Source of the DNA: an uncultured Thermomicrobiales bacterium
GTDB taxonomy: Bacteria > Chloroflexota > Chloroflexia > Thermomicrobiales > UBA6265
NCBI GenBank assembly: GCA_964244115.1
Contig: CAXTHM010000016.1
Coordinates: forward strand, 1 to 61,561
Length of the DNA stretch: 61,561 nucleotides
Reading direction: 5' to 3'
Shown: one piece after another, positions 47,965-58,028 of the stretch
How the letters are laid out: every line of letters begins with the position of its first letter
How positions within the stretch are numbered: the first letter of the stretch is position 1
Notes under the pieces: generated by a model
What the model saw: only the letters and a program-made list of their open reading frames with translations
The model's database searches: none
What the model was told of the DNA's origin: nothing
Position numbers and translations under genes: made by a program

Positions 47965-48288
47965 ATGATGGCCTGGCTGACGGAGGTCCGACGACGCCTC
48001 GGCGGGTCCGACGGTGTCGCCGCCAGCGACTGTCCGCCCCGGGACCAGAAGATCATCCGCGTCACGACGGTTCGGAACGAACCGCTGGCCCGGCTGACGC
48101 AGCAGGTGCTGGAGGGCGAGGGGATCGGCGTCCTGCTCAAGCCGATCGGCCCTGGCTACGGCGGCTGGGGCAACGCCAACAACCTCATGCACGATGTCTA
48201 CGTCCTCGAAGGCGACGCCGACCGGGCCCGTGAGATCCTCGAAGGGGTTGGCAGCGGCGGCAACATCGTCCTGCCCGGCGACGGGTAG
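47965..48288 (+). CDS. Small hypothetical protein (DUF2007-like putative signal-transducing fold, tentative)
   Basis: ...IIRVTTVRNEPLARLTQQVLEGEGIGVLLKP...DVYVLEGDADRAREILEG resembles the beta-alpha-beta small-domain family. Weak. Confidence 0.35.
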   Translation: MMAWLTEVRRRLGGSDGVAASDCPPRDQKIIRVTTVRNEPLARLTQQVLEGEGIGVLLKPIGPGYGGWGNANNLMHDVYVLEGDADRAREILEGVGSGGNIVLPGDG

Positions 48289-48294
48289 CCCTGG

Positions 48295-48699
48295 TCAGGT
48301 CGTTCGACGGAGCGGCCGCACCCAGCACTGGTTGCCGATCGGGAAGGTCAACTCGTAGCCCTCGCCCCGGCGCGGCAGATCCACCCAGAGTGGCTCGCCC
48401 GACGCATCACGGGCGACGTCGACCGTGACCGGAACGCTGCGGAGCTGATCGCCCGGCGCGTCCTCCAGATCCAGATACCACGGCTCGTCGGCATCGCCAC
48501 CATCGGCGACTTCGAGCCCGAGCAGACGCCCGGCTTCCCCGACATCGAGGATCGCCCGATTCGGCTGCGTGACCGACGGCACAGGCGCGACGTCGGCGCT
48601 CCGACTGGCGGTCATCGACTCGGTCGGGATCAGCAAGCGAAGGGTGTTCCGGCCCGCGTCGACGACGACGCGCATCCCGCCGCCATGACCGGGATGCAT
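48295..48699 (-). CDS. Hypothetical protein
   Basis: 134-aa ORF with plausible composition (RVVVDAGRNTLRLLIP...LLGLEVADGGD...PLWVDLPRRGEGYELTFPIG). Start uncertain. Confidence 0.35.
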   Translation of the reverse strand: MHPGHGGGMRVVVDAGRNTLRLLIPTESMTASRSADVAPVPSVTQPNRAILDVGEAGRLLGLEVADGGDADEPWYLDLEDAPGDQLRSVPVTVDVARDASGEPLWVDLPRRGEGYELTFPIGNQCWVRPLRRTT

Positions 48700-48701
48700 G
48701 C

Positions 48702-49163
48702 TCAGGACCGGACCAGACGGAGCGTGGCGGTCGTCTGGCCGTCGGCCGATTGCGTGATCTCCGGCGTCCCGCTGACCGAGAGCCCGACCGGAGGCCGGCC
48801 GCCGCTGGCCTCGCCCAGGACGACGCCCCAGGCGGTGTAGCCGCCCTCATCGGTCGTGAGCACACCGTCCAGCCGGGCGGTGGTCAGGCCCGTGCCGTTG
48901 GCGTCGAGCTGGGCGAGCAGGTCGTTGACCAGCTCGTAGAGGGCCTCGCCGTAGGAGTCGCCCTGGCCGCGGATCATCGCCGAGATCGACTGGGCGTCGG
49001 CCGGGCCCGGTCCGGCGTCGATCCCGACGCCCCGGGCGATGTTCAGGACCGACTGCAAGGCCGACCGGAGCGCCACGTCGATCGAGCCGGCGGTGACCGT
49101 GAGGTCGGCGGACGCGTCGGCCGTCCACGCGGTCAGGGTCGAACTGGAGGGTTGGGTCTGCAT
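48702..49163 (-). CDS. Hypothetical protein (archease/SHS2-like, very tentative)
   Basis: ATG 49163: MQTQPSSSTLTAWTADASADLTVTAGSIDVALRSALQSVLNIA... loosely resembles the archease xHTAD...G.tleelf opening. The upstream part of the track ORF was rejected. Confidence 0.3.
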   Translation of the reverse strand: MQTQPSSSTLTAWTADASADLTVTAGSIDVALRSALQSVLNIARGVGIDAGPGPADAQSISAMIRGQGDSYGEALYELVNDLLAQLDANGTGLTTARLDGVLTTDEGGYTAWGVVLGEASGGRPPVGLSVSGTPEITQSADGQTTATLRLVRS

Positions 49164-49473
49164 GGTCGGGACTCTTCCTGTCCGGTGAGGCGTATGAGGG
49201 GGGACGCCCGGGTCATCCCGGCGACGCCCACTCCGTCGTTCCGCTGCCGAGTACGCATGGGCCACGCCAGCTCGTCCGTGCGATCCAGTGCGATCCGTTG
49301 CGATCCCGTCACCGGCTGCTGGTACGGCCCCTGCAACGGTCGCCTCATCAGGAGGCGACCGTTGCCCGCAATCCGGCTTCGAGCAGACGCCACGCCGACC
49401 CACGAGCACGACCGGGAGCGCCCGAGCGGCGACGACTAGACGATTGGCGACGGGCGGTCAGTGAGGGATAACG

Positions 49474-50667
49474 ATGAGCGCGACCAGCGATGCCCGGCAC
49501 CACCAGGACGAACCCCGCCCGGCCGAGGGGACCAGCCCGGCCGACGCCGTCGACACGAGTTCGGCCCCGGCGGCTGGCCGCGACATCTTCGCGATCCTGA
49601 AGGGCATCGTCTCCCGGATCGGCAAGGACCAGCTCACCCTCCAGGCCTCGGCCGTTGCCTATAACTTCATCTTCGCGATCGTCCCCCTGCTGATCTTCAT
49701 CACCGCCCTCTCGGCCGCCGTGACCCGGGCGATCAACGACGACACCGACGACACGGTCTCTACCATCGTCAACTGGTTGCTGGAGCGGATGCCGCAGTCC
49801 ACCGCCGAAGCGCTGGGCCCGACGATCGAGGGGGCGCTGACGGAGACCGGTGGCGGGATCATCTCGATCGGCGCCCTGTTGGCCCTGATCGGTGGCCGGG
49901 GCGCGATGGGCTCCCTCATGGGGGCGCTGAACGCGGCCTATCGTGTCCAGGAGACCCGGAGTTTCGTCCGGCGGCAGATCCTCGCCGTCGGCCTGACCTT
50001 CGCGACTGGCCTCGGCATCATCCTCGCGATCGCGCTCTTCCTGCTCGGCGGCCAGATCGGCACCTGGGTGGCCGAAGCGACCGGCGTCGGAGACATCTGG
50101 GCGACGGTCTGGAACATCGCCCGGTTCCCGATCATCCTCGTGATTCTGGTCGTCGCGCTGGCGGCGCTCTACTGGGCCGGACCCAACTCCGACATCCCCC
50201 TGCGCTGGCTGAGCCCCGGCGCGGTCTTCGCCGTGGTCGGCTTCGTCGTCGTCACGCTGTTCATCAACATCTACTTCCGATACGCCGGCGGCTACGCTGA
50301 GTCGTACGGGCTGCTGGGCGGCGTGCTGGCCTTTATCTTCTATCTCTACGTGATGAGCCTCGTCCTGCTGATCGGCGGCGAACTCAACGCCGCGCTGGCC
50401 CGGCGGGTCCCGCAGAAGGACGAGGCGACGGCGGAGGACGCGACCGTTCCGATCCACGTCGACGAGTCGGTCCGTTCGGCGATCCGGGATGCCCGCGTCA
50501 CCCTGACCCAGACCGGCGCCCAGGTCCCGGTCCCGGCTGCGGTGGCCGCGACCGGGACGGCGCCGGCGCACGCCGCCCGCAACCGGGGGCGGGCGATCCG
50601 CGGGCTGGCCGTCAGCGCGGCGGCGGCCGCGACCGGTCTGATCGCGTCGGTCATTCGCCGCCGTTGA
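49474..50667 (+). CDS. YihY/BrkB-family inner membrane protein
   Basis: ...DQLTLQASAVAYNFIFAIVPLLIFITALSAAV... plus 5-6 TM segments and ...YAESYGLLGGVLAFIFYLYVMSLVLLIGGELNAAL are typical of the YihY family. Confidence 0.8.
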   Translation: MSATSDARHHQDEPRPAEGTSPADAVDTSSAPAAGRDIFAILKGIVSRIGKDQLTLQASAVAYNFIFAIVPLLIFITALSAAVTRAINDDTDDTVSTIVNWLLERMPQSTAEALGPTIEGALTETGGGIISIGALLALIGGRGAMGSLMGALNAAYRVQETRSFVRRQILAVGLTFATGLGIILAIALFLLGGQIGTWVAEATGVGDIWATVWNIARFPIILVILVVALAALYWAGPNSDIPLRWLSPGAVFAVVGFVVVTLFINIYFRYAGGYAESYGLLGGVLAFIFYLYVMSLVLLIGGELNAALARRVPQKDEATAEDATVPIHVDESVRSAIRDARVTLTQTGAQVPVPAAVAATGTAPAHAARNRGRAIRGLAVSAAAAATGLIASVIRRR

Positions 50668-50811
50668 ATCCGCTTTCGCAGCGGTGCTCCAGCGACATCC
50701 CCCATTGTGCGAAACGCGCATCTGCTACCCTGTGTGCGCCTCGGTTGCCCCATCCCGGCATGACCCGTTCGTCCCCATGCGAAACAGCATCGGCCCTTCG
50801 CGCGTTGTGGT

Positions 50812-51486
50812 GTGCGAAGGGAAGGCAACCGATCGATGGATGTGGCACTCGGGATCGGGACGGACAGCCCGTCGGTGGACCGTTCCGCCGGCAGATACAG
50901 GGGAAGCGGCGTGACGGTGGCTGATGGCGATCTCGTCGGGCGTGCCCGGGCGGGCGATCAGGCCGCGTTCTCGGCGCTCTTCGAGCAGTTCCACGCCCAG
51001 ATCCTGAACTACATCCACCGGATGGTGAACGACCGCTCCCTCGCCGAGGACCTCACCCAGGACACCTTCATCAAGGCCTGGAACGCCCTCGCCGGCACGC
51101 GACCCGACCTGGCCTTCAAGCCGTGGCTCTACCGGATCGCGACCAACACCGCCATCTCCCATCTCCGCCGCCGCAAGCTGATCCAGTGGATCCCGTTCGT
51201 CGGCGGCGACGAGGACCTGCACCCGTCCGGCGAGTCGGTCGAGGGCAACGTCACCCGCTCGCTTGACATCGATCAGGCGCTGAAGCAGCTCCCCAAGCAC
51301 TACGTCGCCGTCCTCCTCCTCCGCCACTATCAGGGACTGTCCCTCGCCGAGACCGCACACGCCTTGAACATCACCGAGAACGCCGCCAAACTGCGGCTCT
51401 TTCGCGCGCGCAAGGCGTTCGCGGAGGTCTATGACGTCGAACGGCCAGGCGCCCTCGAGCCGAGTCGGACAGAGGGTGGCCGTTGA
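50812..51486 (+). CDS. ECF-type RNA polymerase sigma factor
   Basis: LVGRARAGDQAAFSALFEQFHAQILNYIHRMVNDRSLAEDLTQDTFIKAW (region 2) and HYVAVLLLRHYQGLSLAETAHALNITENAAKLRLFRARKAF (region 4). The likely true start is the GTG at 50911. Confidence 0.85.
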   Translation: MRREGNRSMDVALGIGTDSPSVDRSAGRYRGSGVTVADGDLVGRARAGDQAAFSALFEQFHAQILNYIHRMVNDRSLAEDLTQDTFIKAWNALAGTRPDLAFKPWLYRIATNTAISHLRRRKLIQWIPFVGGDEDLHPSGESVEGNVTRSLDIDQALKQLPKHYVAVLLLRHYQGLSLAETAHALNITENAAKLRLFRARKAFAEVYDVERPGALEPSRTEGGR

Positions 51487-54029
51487 TCTCCCACGATGAA
51501 GCCAGGGCGCTGATCTCAGCCCGCCTCGACCGCCAGCTCGACCCGGCGTCCGAGCAGCAGCTCGCCCAGCACCTGCACGGCTGCGCCAGTTGCCGCCGGT
51601 TCGCCGCCCAGATGACGGTCATGCAGACCGGCATCCGCGAACTGCCATACCTGCCGCCGTCCCCGGTCGTCCGCCGGGCCGTCATGACCGAGGTTCGCAA
51701 GGGCCGCACGGTCGGGGGCCGCCTGTCGGCCTGGCTGGGGCAGTTCGGCCTCTCGACCGGGCCGCTGGCGACGATCGGCGCGACCGCCGTTCTCGTCCTG
51801 GTCGTCGTCGCCACGCTGCTGACCAGCAGCGTCCTCGACCGCGATCCTGGCGACGGCGCCCCCTCCGGTACCGAGGTCGCCCTCCAGGGCGCCTCCGAGA
51901 CCACCCGCGCCGCCGCGACCGTCGCCCAGGCCGGGACCGACCGGACGGCCTCGCAGGCGCCGGCCGCCGGACCGCCGTCACCGAGCCCGGTGAATGTTCC
52001 GGGGAGCGGGGCCGGGGCCTCGCCGCCGCCACTCCGGGCCAATCTCACGATCGAGGAGCAGGCCACCGCCGACGCGGAGACGGCCGTCGCCGGGGCACCG
52101 GCCACGGATGCCCCGCCGATCGAGCCGACCGCCACCGCCGATGACGCGGCCGAGATCGCCCTGCTCCCGCCGACGCCGACGACCGCCCCTTCGACGGCAG
52201 CGGAGGCGACGCAGGCATCGACAGACGCGGCTGAGACGGTCCCGGCCGAGACCGGGGCAACCGAAACCGTCGCCCCGGCACCCTCGACCGATCCGACCGC
52301 CACCCAGGAGCCCGACGAGGTCATCGCCGCGCTGATCCGACCGGCAACGTCGACCGCCACACCGTCGGCGGAAGCGTCGGCGACGACCACCGCGACGCGA
52401 GAGGCCACCGCCACGCCGACCGAAGAGCCCACCGCGACGGCCCAGCCCACCGCCACGCCGATGGCCCAGCCCGCCGCGACGGCCGAGCCCACCGCGACGC
52501 CCACCCAGGAGCCCACCGCCACGCAAACGGCAGAGCCGACGGCGACGCCCACCGAGGAGCCGACGGCTACCCCCACAGAGGAACCGACGGCCACTCCCAC
52601 CGAGGAACCGACGGCCGCGCCGACCGATGAGCCCACTCCCGCAACGAGGGGCGGGATCAACCCGACCGACAACAACACGCCGATCCCGGCCGATGACACC
52701 GAGCCGACCGTGCCGGCCGACGACGCGGAGACTCAGGGGCAGGACCCGACGTCGGACGGTCAGCCGACCGAGGGAGCCGACTCGACCGGGACCGCGATTG
52801 AGACCGCGACGGCCACGCCGACCGAGACGCCGAGCCAGACGCCGACGGCGACGGCGACACGCGGGTCCCGGGGCGGGATCAACCCGACCGATAACAACAC
52901 GCCGGTCCCGGTCGATCAGGATCCGCCGACCGTGGACGTGATCGAGCCGACGGCGACCGTCCCGGCCGACGATGAGGCCGACGGCACCGGCGACGATCAG
53001 GTCATCCTGCCGCAGGACGACAGCGGGTCCGGCTCTGAGGACGACGGCGAGGACGTCGATAGCGACGGGAATGGCGAGGACGGGACGACCGACGACGGGT
53101 CCACGGAGGTGGTCACGCCCGACGGCTTCAGCATTGACTCGGCGCCGGTCACGACCGGGGTCTCGCTCGGCGCGGCGCCACCGGGACCGCTCCGCGTCTC
53201 GTCCGACGGCAGCCAGTTCCTCGTCAGCGACGGTGGGGACACCATCGGCGTCGCCGGCTTCGGCGGCGGCGAGACGATCCTTGGCACGCTCTTCTACCCC
53301 ACCTGGACGGGCCAGGGGCAGATCCTCGTCACCTACTACCCGGACGATAGCGGCGGCGCCGCGATCGGCCTGATCAGCCCAGCGGGCGGGATCTCGGCCG
53401 TCACCACGCCCGACCCGGCCGACCCGGGCCGGCGGGACGTCGCGGCCGGCGAGATCGGCGGGGCGCTCTACTACCAGCGTGACTGGCCGGCCGAGCCCGA
53501 ACGCGGGATCGAACTCCACTGGGTCTCCGGTGGCAATGACGAGGTGATCTGGTCTGATCCGGGTCTCGTCCCGGTCGGCAGGCACCCGAACCTCACGCCG
53601 GGCGGCACATTCCTGATCGCCACGAGCGGCGGCTGGTACCAGGTCGACGGCAACGGCGGCGCCTCGGCCCTCGGCGGGAACGTCGCCGGAGAACCGGTCG
53701 GGATCGCCTTCGGCCCTGGCGACGCGGTCGCCGTCCTCGGCGGTGGACAGCTCGCCCTGGGCACGGTCGGCAACCCCGGCGGCGGCGTGGTGATCGGTGG
53801 CGTCGGCGACGGGGCCGGGGTGGCCTGGTCGCCGGACGGCAGCGAGGTCGCGGTCGCGTCCGGGTCGGTCGTCAGCATCTACGACACCGGCGGCAACGTG
53901 CTCCGAACCTTCACGTCGGACGCCGGAGCGCCCCTGAGCGGGCTGCTCTGGTCGGGCGGCGATCTCCTCGTCGTCCGCGGCGGTGGCTCGCCGGGGCTGA
54001 TCGCCATCCCGGCCGGCGAGCTGCCCTGA
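51483..54029 (+). CDS. Anti-sigma factor (zf-HC2) with one TM, a Pro/Thr-rich repeat linker and a large extracytoplasmic beta-propeller-like domain
   Basis: 4-nt overlap with the sigma gene. N-terminal HLHGCASCRRF (HxxxCxxC), TM ATIGATAVLVLVVVATLL, about 8 copies of (E/Q)EPTATPT, two copies of RGGINPTDNNTP(I/V)P, and a Gly/Trp/Asp-rich C-terminus (TolB-like repeats). Confidence 0.7.
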   Translation: MISHDEARALISARLDRQLDPASEQQLAQHLHGCASCRRFAAQMTVMQTGIRELPYLPPSPVVRRAVMTEVRKGRTVGGRLSAWLGQFGLSTGPLATIGATAVLVLVVVATLLTSSVLDRDPGDGAPSGTEVALQGASETTRAAATVAQAGTDRTASQAPAAGPPSPSPVNVPGSGAGASPPPLRANLTIEEQATADAETAVAGAPATDAPPIEPTATADDAAEIALLPPTPTTAPSTAAEATQASTDAAETVPAETGATETVAPAPSTDPTATQEPDEVIAALIRPATSTATPSAEASATTTATREATATPTEEPTATAQPTATPMAQPAATAEPTATPTQEPTATQTAEPTATPTEEPTATPTEEPTATPTEEPTAAPTDEPTPATRGGINPTDNNTPIPADDTEPTVPADDAETQGQDPTSDGQPTEGADSTGTAIETATATPTETPSQTPTATATRGSRGGINPTDNNTPVPVDQDPPTVDVIEPTATVPADDEADGTGDDQVILPQDDSGSGSEDDGEDVDSDGNGEDGTTDDGSTEVVTPDGFSIDSAPVTTGVSLGAAPPGPLRVSSDGSQFLVSDGGDTIGVAGFGGGETILGTLFYPTWTGQGQILVTYYPDDSGGAAIGLISPAGGISAVTTPDPADPGRRDVAAGEIGGALYYQRDWPAEPERGIELHWVSGGNDEVIWSDPGLVPVGRHPNLTPGGTFLIATSGGWYQVDGNGGASALGGNVAGEPVGIAFGPGDAVAVLGGGQLALGTVGNPGGGVVIGGVGDGAGVAWSPDGSEVAVASGSVVSIYDTGGNVLRTFTSDAGAPLSGLLWSGGDLLVVRGGGSPGLIAIPAGELP

Positions 54030-54181
54030 GCAACGCTCGGGCGCCGCGCCCGGAAGCGTCACCGACAGCCGATGCATTACCCTATCGATGGCCGCGTTCC
54101 GGGCCTATTCGTTCGGATCGGTGCTGGCAGATCGGCTCCGACCATCTGCTAGACTGACCGGAATCCGCGAGGCAGGCGCCA

Positions 54182-54766
54182 ATGTCAGCGGACGATCGAG
54201 CAGGGACGGGCGTACGCTTCGGGCGAACGGTCCTGCTGACGGCGGAGGGCGAGCTCTCCCGGCAGTCGGTCGATGTCCTCCTGATCGCCGCCAATACGCG
54301 CGGGGTCCTGGGGACGGGCGGTGTCCGGCTGGCCGGTGGCGCCGACATCGAGCGGGAGGCGATGGCTCAGGCTCCCCTCACGCTCGGCACGGCGACTCTG
54401 ACCGGCCCTGGGCTCCTGCGTGAGATCGGCGTCCAGGCTATCGCCCACTGCGTGGTGAACGAGCAGCTCGGCGATCCGATCCGGGCCACGATCGTCCGGC
54501 GCTGTATCCCGGTCGCGCTCCGGATGATCGAGGAGCGTCGATACCGCTCGGTGGCGCTACCCCTGCTTGGCGGCGGCAACGGCCCCGGCCAGTTGCCGCC
54601 GACGCTCGTCGCGACCGCCATCATCGAGGAGATCGTCGCCCATCTTCGCCGGGCCAGCAGCCGTATCGAGCGGATCACGCTGGTCTCGCGATCGACGGAG
54701 GACATCGAGATCCTGGACGATACCCTTCGAGTCGCGCGTGACCACGCCTGGGGGCTGCCCCGATGA
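54182..54766 (+). CDS. Macro-domain (ADP-ribose-binding/hydrolase-like) protein
   Basis: VDVLLIAANTRGVLGTGGVRLAGGADIEREA...TLTGPGLLREIGVQAIAHCV...YRSVALPLLGGGNG matches the macro-domain pattern (xDAIVNAAN..l..GgGv ... siAfPxigtG). Confidence 0.55.
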   Translation: MSADDRAGTGVRFGRTVLLTAEGELSRQSVDVLLIAANTRGVLGTGGVRLAGGADIEREAMAQAPLTLGTATLTGPGLLREIGVQAIAHCVVNEQLGDPIRATIVRRCIPVALRMIEERRYRSVALPLLGGGNGPGQLPPTLVATAIIEEIVAHLRRASSRIERITLVSRSTEDIEILDDTLRVARDHAWGLPR

Positions 54767-57700
54767 GACCGGCGAGACCCCGGAACGACCCGTACCGCCG
54801 AGACGACGAGCGCCGGGGCAGCCCTCCGCCGGCTGAGCGGGCGCGCGACGGGTACGCCCCGCCGCCCGGAAGCTACGATCCCGATGTCTCCCGGTCGTCC
54901 CGTGAGGTCGATCCTCGTCGCAACCGACGCCCGGACCCACGCGACCAGGATCCGGTCATGCCCGACGACGCGCCCCAGGACCGGTCTCGCCAGCCCCGTC
55001 CCGAGGATCGCCGCCCCGGCCGGACCGGCGACCCGTACACGACCCGTGATCCGGACCGGGATCTCCGCTCCCCGGCGCCGCGTTCGGATCGCCCTCGGCT
55101 GAGTCGTCCTCGCGATGAGCGACCGGACGCGTACTCTCCGGACGACCATCTCCCGCGCCAGCGGTACGGGGCGATCACGCCGTCCGACGACCTCGCCTGG
55201 CCCGACCCCGAACCTGCCGAAGCCGAATGGCAGCCCGCCCCCCAGCGCGGCCGGCCGGCTGGCGCCCGAAACGCCCCACCACGCCCCCGGCGCGACGATC
55301 CCGCTCCGCGACAGACCTATGGCGCCGTCCCGTCGGATCACTCCGGTAGACCGACCGGTCAGCCGGCCTGGTCGACCTTCGAGCCCAACACGTACCCGAC
55401 CGCTGACGACGAACTCGCCTACGACGTCTACCCGACCGATGCGGCGAACGGCCATCGGGGCCGACCCGCCGGCGGCGACGAGTTCGGTGGCGGGTTCGAT
55501 GACGAATGGTCGTCAGGGCGACCGGCCGATGATGGAGACGGGGCAGGCGCAGCCGATGGAGACTGGTATCCGGCCGAGGGAGAGCCGGACGCCGATCAGG
55601 TCGAAGCCTGGTCCGGCGGAGGACCATCGGCCGAGCCCGACGAGTCCGGGGCCATCGAGCCGTTCCCCGGAGACGATCCCCGGTCAGGCGTCTTCGCCGA
55701 TCCCCAGCGGCCGTCCCGACGATCCTCCGGCCACGGCAGCGGTGTTCGTCCGCCGGTCTGGGGGCTGTCCGGCTACGCGTGGCGCTTCGCCCGCCGGCTG
55801 ACGATCGCCAGGACCAACCGCCTGCTCCGGTTCGGCGCCAGCCGCGTCCTGCCGGTCTCGTCGCGGGCTCGCTTCGAGGCGATGGGCCTGCCTCCGACCG
55901 AAGTCGATGAGACCCTCCGGCAGGTCCGGTCGCTGGACGACTGGGCCGAGGCCTGGACCGGGACCGCGCAGCGATTCCTCGGCGAGACCCGGCGCGGCGG
56001 GGACATGACGCCGACCAACGCCGCGCGCTCCCGCCAGCTCGCCGCCCTCTGCTACCACGTCGCCTCGTTCTTCGCCTTCGGCGACGACCGGCTGGCCCGG
56101 ACGTCCCGCAGCGCCGCCACAACCCTGTTCGGCCAATCGCTCGGGCTGCTCATGCCGGAGACGCGGCGGGTAAATGTCCGGTGGCGCTCGAAGACGATGC
56201 CCGGCTACCTGACCGTCCCGTCATGGGCGACCGGGCGGCGGCCGCTGGCGGTCCTGCTCAACGGCACGACGACATCCCGCGAAGAGCTGATCATGTGGTC
56301 GGAGGAGTTCCTCGTCCAGGGGCTCGCGGTCCTGGCGCTGGATACGCCCGGCTTCGGGGAGGGGATCGCCCTCGGCACCGTCTCGCTCGACAACGATGAC
56401 ATCATGGACGGCATCTTCGAGCTGGCCGAGTCCGACCCCGGGCTGGACCCGACCAGGGTCTCGCTGGTCGGGGTCGGCCTGGGCGGCACGATGGCGTTCC
56501 GGGCCGCCGCCGGGGAGCGGCGCGTCTCGGCGGTCGTCGCCGTCACCCCGATCCATGAACCGGCCCGCTGGCTGGGCGCCTCTAGCCAGGTCGTGCTGGC
56601 CCAGATGGTGCCGCAGTTCGGCGGCTACGATCAACTCGCCGACTTCGTCCTCGGGCTGGACATGCCGGCCACCCTGGCGGCGACGCAGGCGCAGGTCCTC
56701 GTCTTCGGCGCCGGGCATGACCTCGTCGTCCCGGCACCGGAGGCCAGCCGCCTGGCCGCCGCGCTGGGGGAGCAGGCAACGCTCGTCTGGTTCGACGACG
56801 CCGGCCATGCCCTGTTCGACGCCGTGCCGGAATGGACCAGGGAGGCGGCCGAGTGGCTGGCCGTCGTGATGGACGTGACGGACGCACCGATCTTTGCCGA
56901 AACGGCCGAGACGACGGAAGCGGAGTACCCGGAGGACGGGTCCGAACCGGACGACGGGTATGCGCCCGGCGATCGGACCGGACTGGACGCGTTGCGGGAT
57001 GATGGCGCGGTCGTCGAGGACTTCGACGGAGACCGACCGGACGACGAGACCCCGGCGTCTTCGTCAGGAGCGGGTGGGCGGCCGACGGTCCGCCGCGGCC
57101 CGGCCCGGCCCGGCAGGACGGACGGCCCACGGATGGCCGAGGCACCGGCGCCGGCGCCCTACGGCGCCGAGGTCTTCGACGCCAGCCAGGGCGCCGAGCG
57201 GCGGTCCGGGCAGCAACGCGGCTACGAGACCGGCGTCTTCGGGCCGCTCGGCCCGGCCGCGGCCCGGATCCTCGCCGACGAGCCCACGCCCCAGCCCGGC
57301 AGCCCGGAGTGGGGATACGAAGACGGCAGTCCCTGGAACGAGGCGCCGTCTGACTCCCCGTGGGAGGATCACGATACCCGGCCGGCGCCATCGACCGCCC
57401 GGCTCTGGGAATCGCGCCAGCCAGCGGAGCGGCTCATCGAGGAGAGCCGTCCGACGATGGCCCGCCCCGCCGTTCCCCCTGCGCCGGCACCTGAGCCCGC
57501 GGTCTCCGAGCGGCCGGTGATGGCCCGGCCCGGTCAGCCCGCCTCGGTGGCGGCTCCGAACCCGCTGTCGGCGATGGGCGACTACCTGTCGTCGAGTGCC
57601 CCGCCGGTCGGTCGGGGCCGGACGTCCGAGCGCTTCATGGCCGTCCCGCCGCCGGAGTCCGACCCGGCGGCGGATGTCGCCGACGGAGGGAGCGAGACCA

Positions 57701-57882
57701 CCGCGGACCCGACCCGACCCTCAATGGCAACCGATCAGCTTGCCCCTGACGGACCGAGTCCGGGCGTCCCGATAGAGGTCGACGAGGCTGTTCCCGGGAC
57801 CGATGACGGCCCTGAACCCGAGGCGAACGCGGACTCCCACGCGCCATTTCGGCCCCCACCCGATCGTACGGATCACACCTGA
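54763..57882 (+). CDS. Giant protein: disordered Pro/Arg/Asp-rich arms flanking an alpha/beta-hydrolase-fold core lacking the nucleophile Ser
   Basis: ATGA overlap with the macro gene. Core (~aa 330-700): ...RPLAVLLNGTTTSREE...VLALDTPGFGEG...RVSLVGVGLGGTMAF...VFGAGHDLVVP...FDDAGHALFD. The nucleophile elbow reads G-V-G-L-G instead of G-x-S-x-G. About 330 aa at each end are low complexity. Confidence 0.55.
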   Translation: MRPARPRNDPYRRDDERRGSPPPAERARDGYAPPPGSYDPDVSRSSREVDPRRNRRPDPRDQDPVMPDDAPQDRSRQPRPEDRRPGRTGDPYTTRDPDRDLRSPAPRSDRPRLSRPRDERPDAYSPDDHLPRQRYGAITPSDDLAWPDPEPAEAEWQPAPQRGRPAGARNAPPRPRRDDPAPRQTYGAVPSDHSGRPTGQPAWSTFEPNTYPTADDELAYDVYPTDAANGHRGRPAGGDEFGGGFDDEWSSGRPADDGDGAGAADGDWYPAEGEPDADQVEAWSGGGPSAEPDESGAIEPFPGDDPRSGVFADPQRPSRRSSGHGSGVRPPVWGLSGYAWRFARRLTIARTNRLLRFGASRVLPVSSRARFEAMGLPPTEVDETLRQVRSLDDWAEAWTGTAQRFLGETRRGGDMTPTNAARSRQLAALCYHVASFFAFGDDRLARTSRSAATTLFGQSLGLLMPETRRVNVRWRSKTMPGYLTVPSWATGRRPLAVLLNGTTTSREELIMWSEEFLVQGLAVLALDTPGFGEGIALGTVSLDNDDIMDGIFELAESDPGLDPTRVSLVGVGLGGTMAFRAAAGERRVSAVVAVTPIHEPARWLGASSQVVLAQMVPQFGGYDQLADFVLGLDMPATLAATQAQVLVFGAGHDLVVPAPEASRLAAALGEQATLVWFDDAGHALFDAVPEWTREAAEWLAVVMDVTDAPIFAETAETTEAEYPEDGSEPDDGYAPGDRTGLDALRDDGAVVEDFDGDRPDDETPASSSGAGGRPTVRRGPARPGRTDGPRMAEAPAPAPYGAEVFDASQGAERRSGQQRGYETGVFGPLGPAAARILADEPTPQPGSPEWGYEDGSPWNEAPSDSPWEDHDTRPAPSTARLWESRQPAERLIEESRPTMARPAVPPAPAPEPAVSERPVMARPGQPASVAAPNPLSAMGDYLSSSAPPVGRGRTSERFMAVPPPESDPAADVADGGSETTADPTRPSMATDQLAPDGPSPGVPIEVDEAVPGTDDGPEPEANADSHAPFRPPPDRTDHT

Positions 57883-58028
57883 TCGTTCCCGACCGGTCCG
57901 CATGAGCAGCGCGGACCGGTTCATGCGACTGATCATCAGTTTCGCCGAGCGTCTGGCGGTTCGCGTCATCGACGCAGGTTCCATCAGCCGATCCTGCGAT
58001 CAGGACTCCAGGGAAGCAAGCGCCACGC

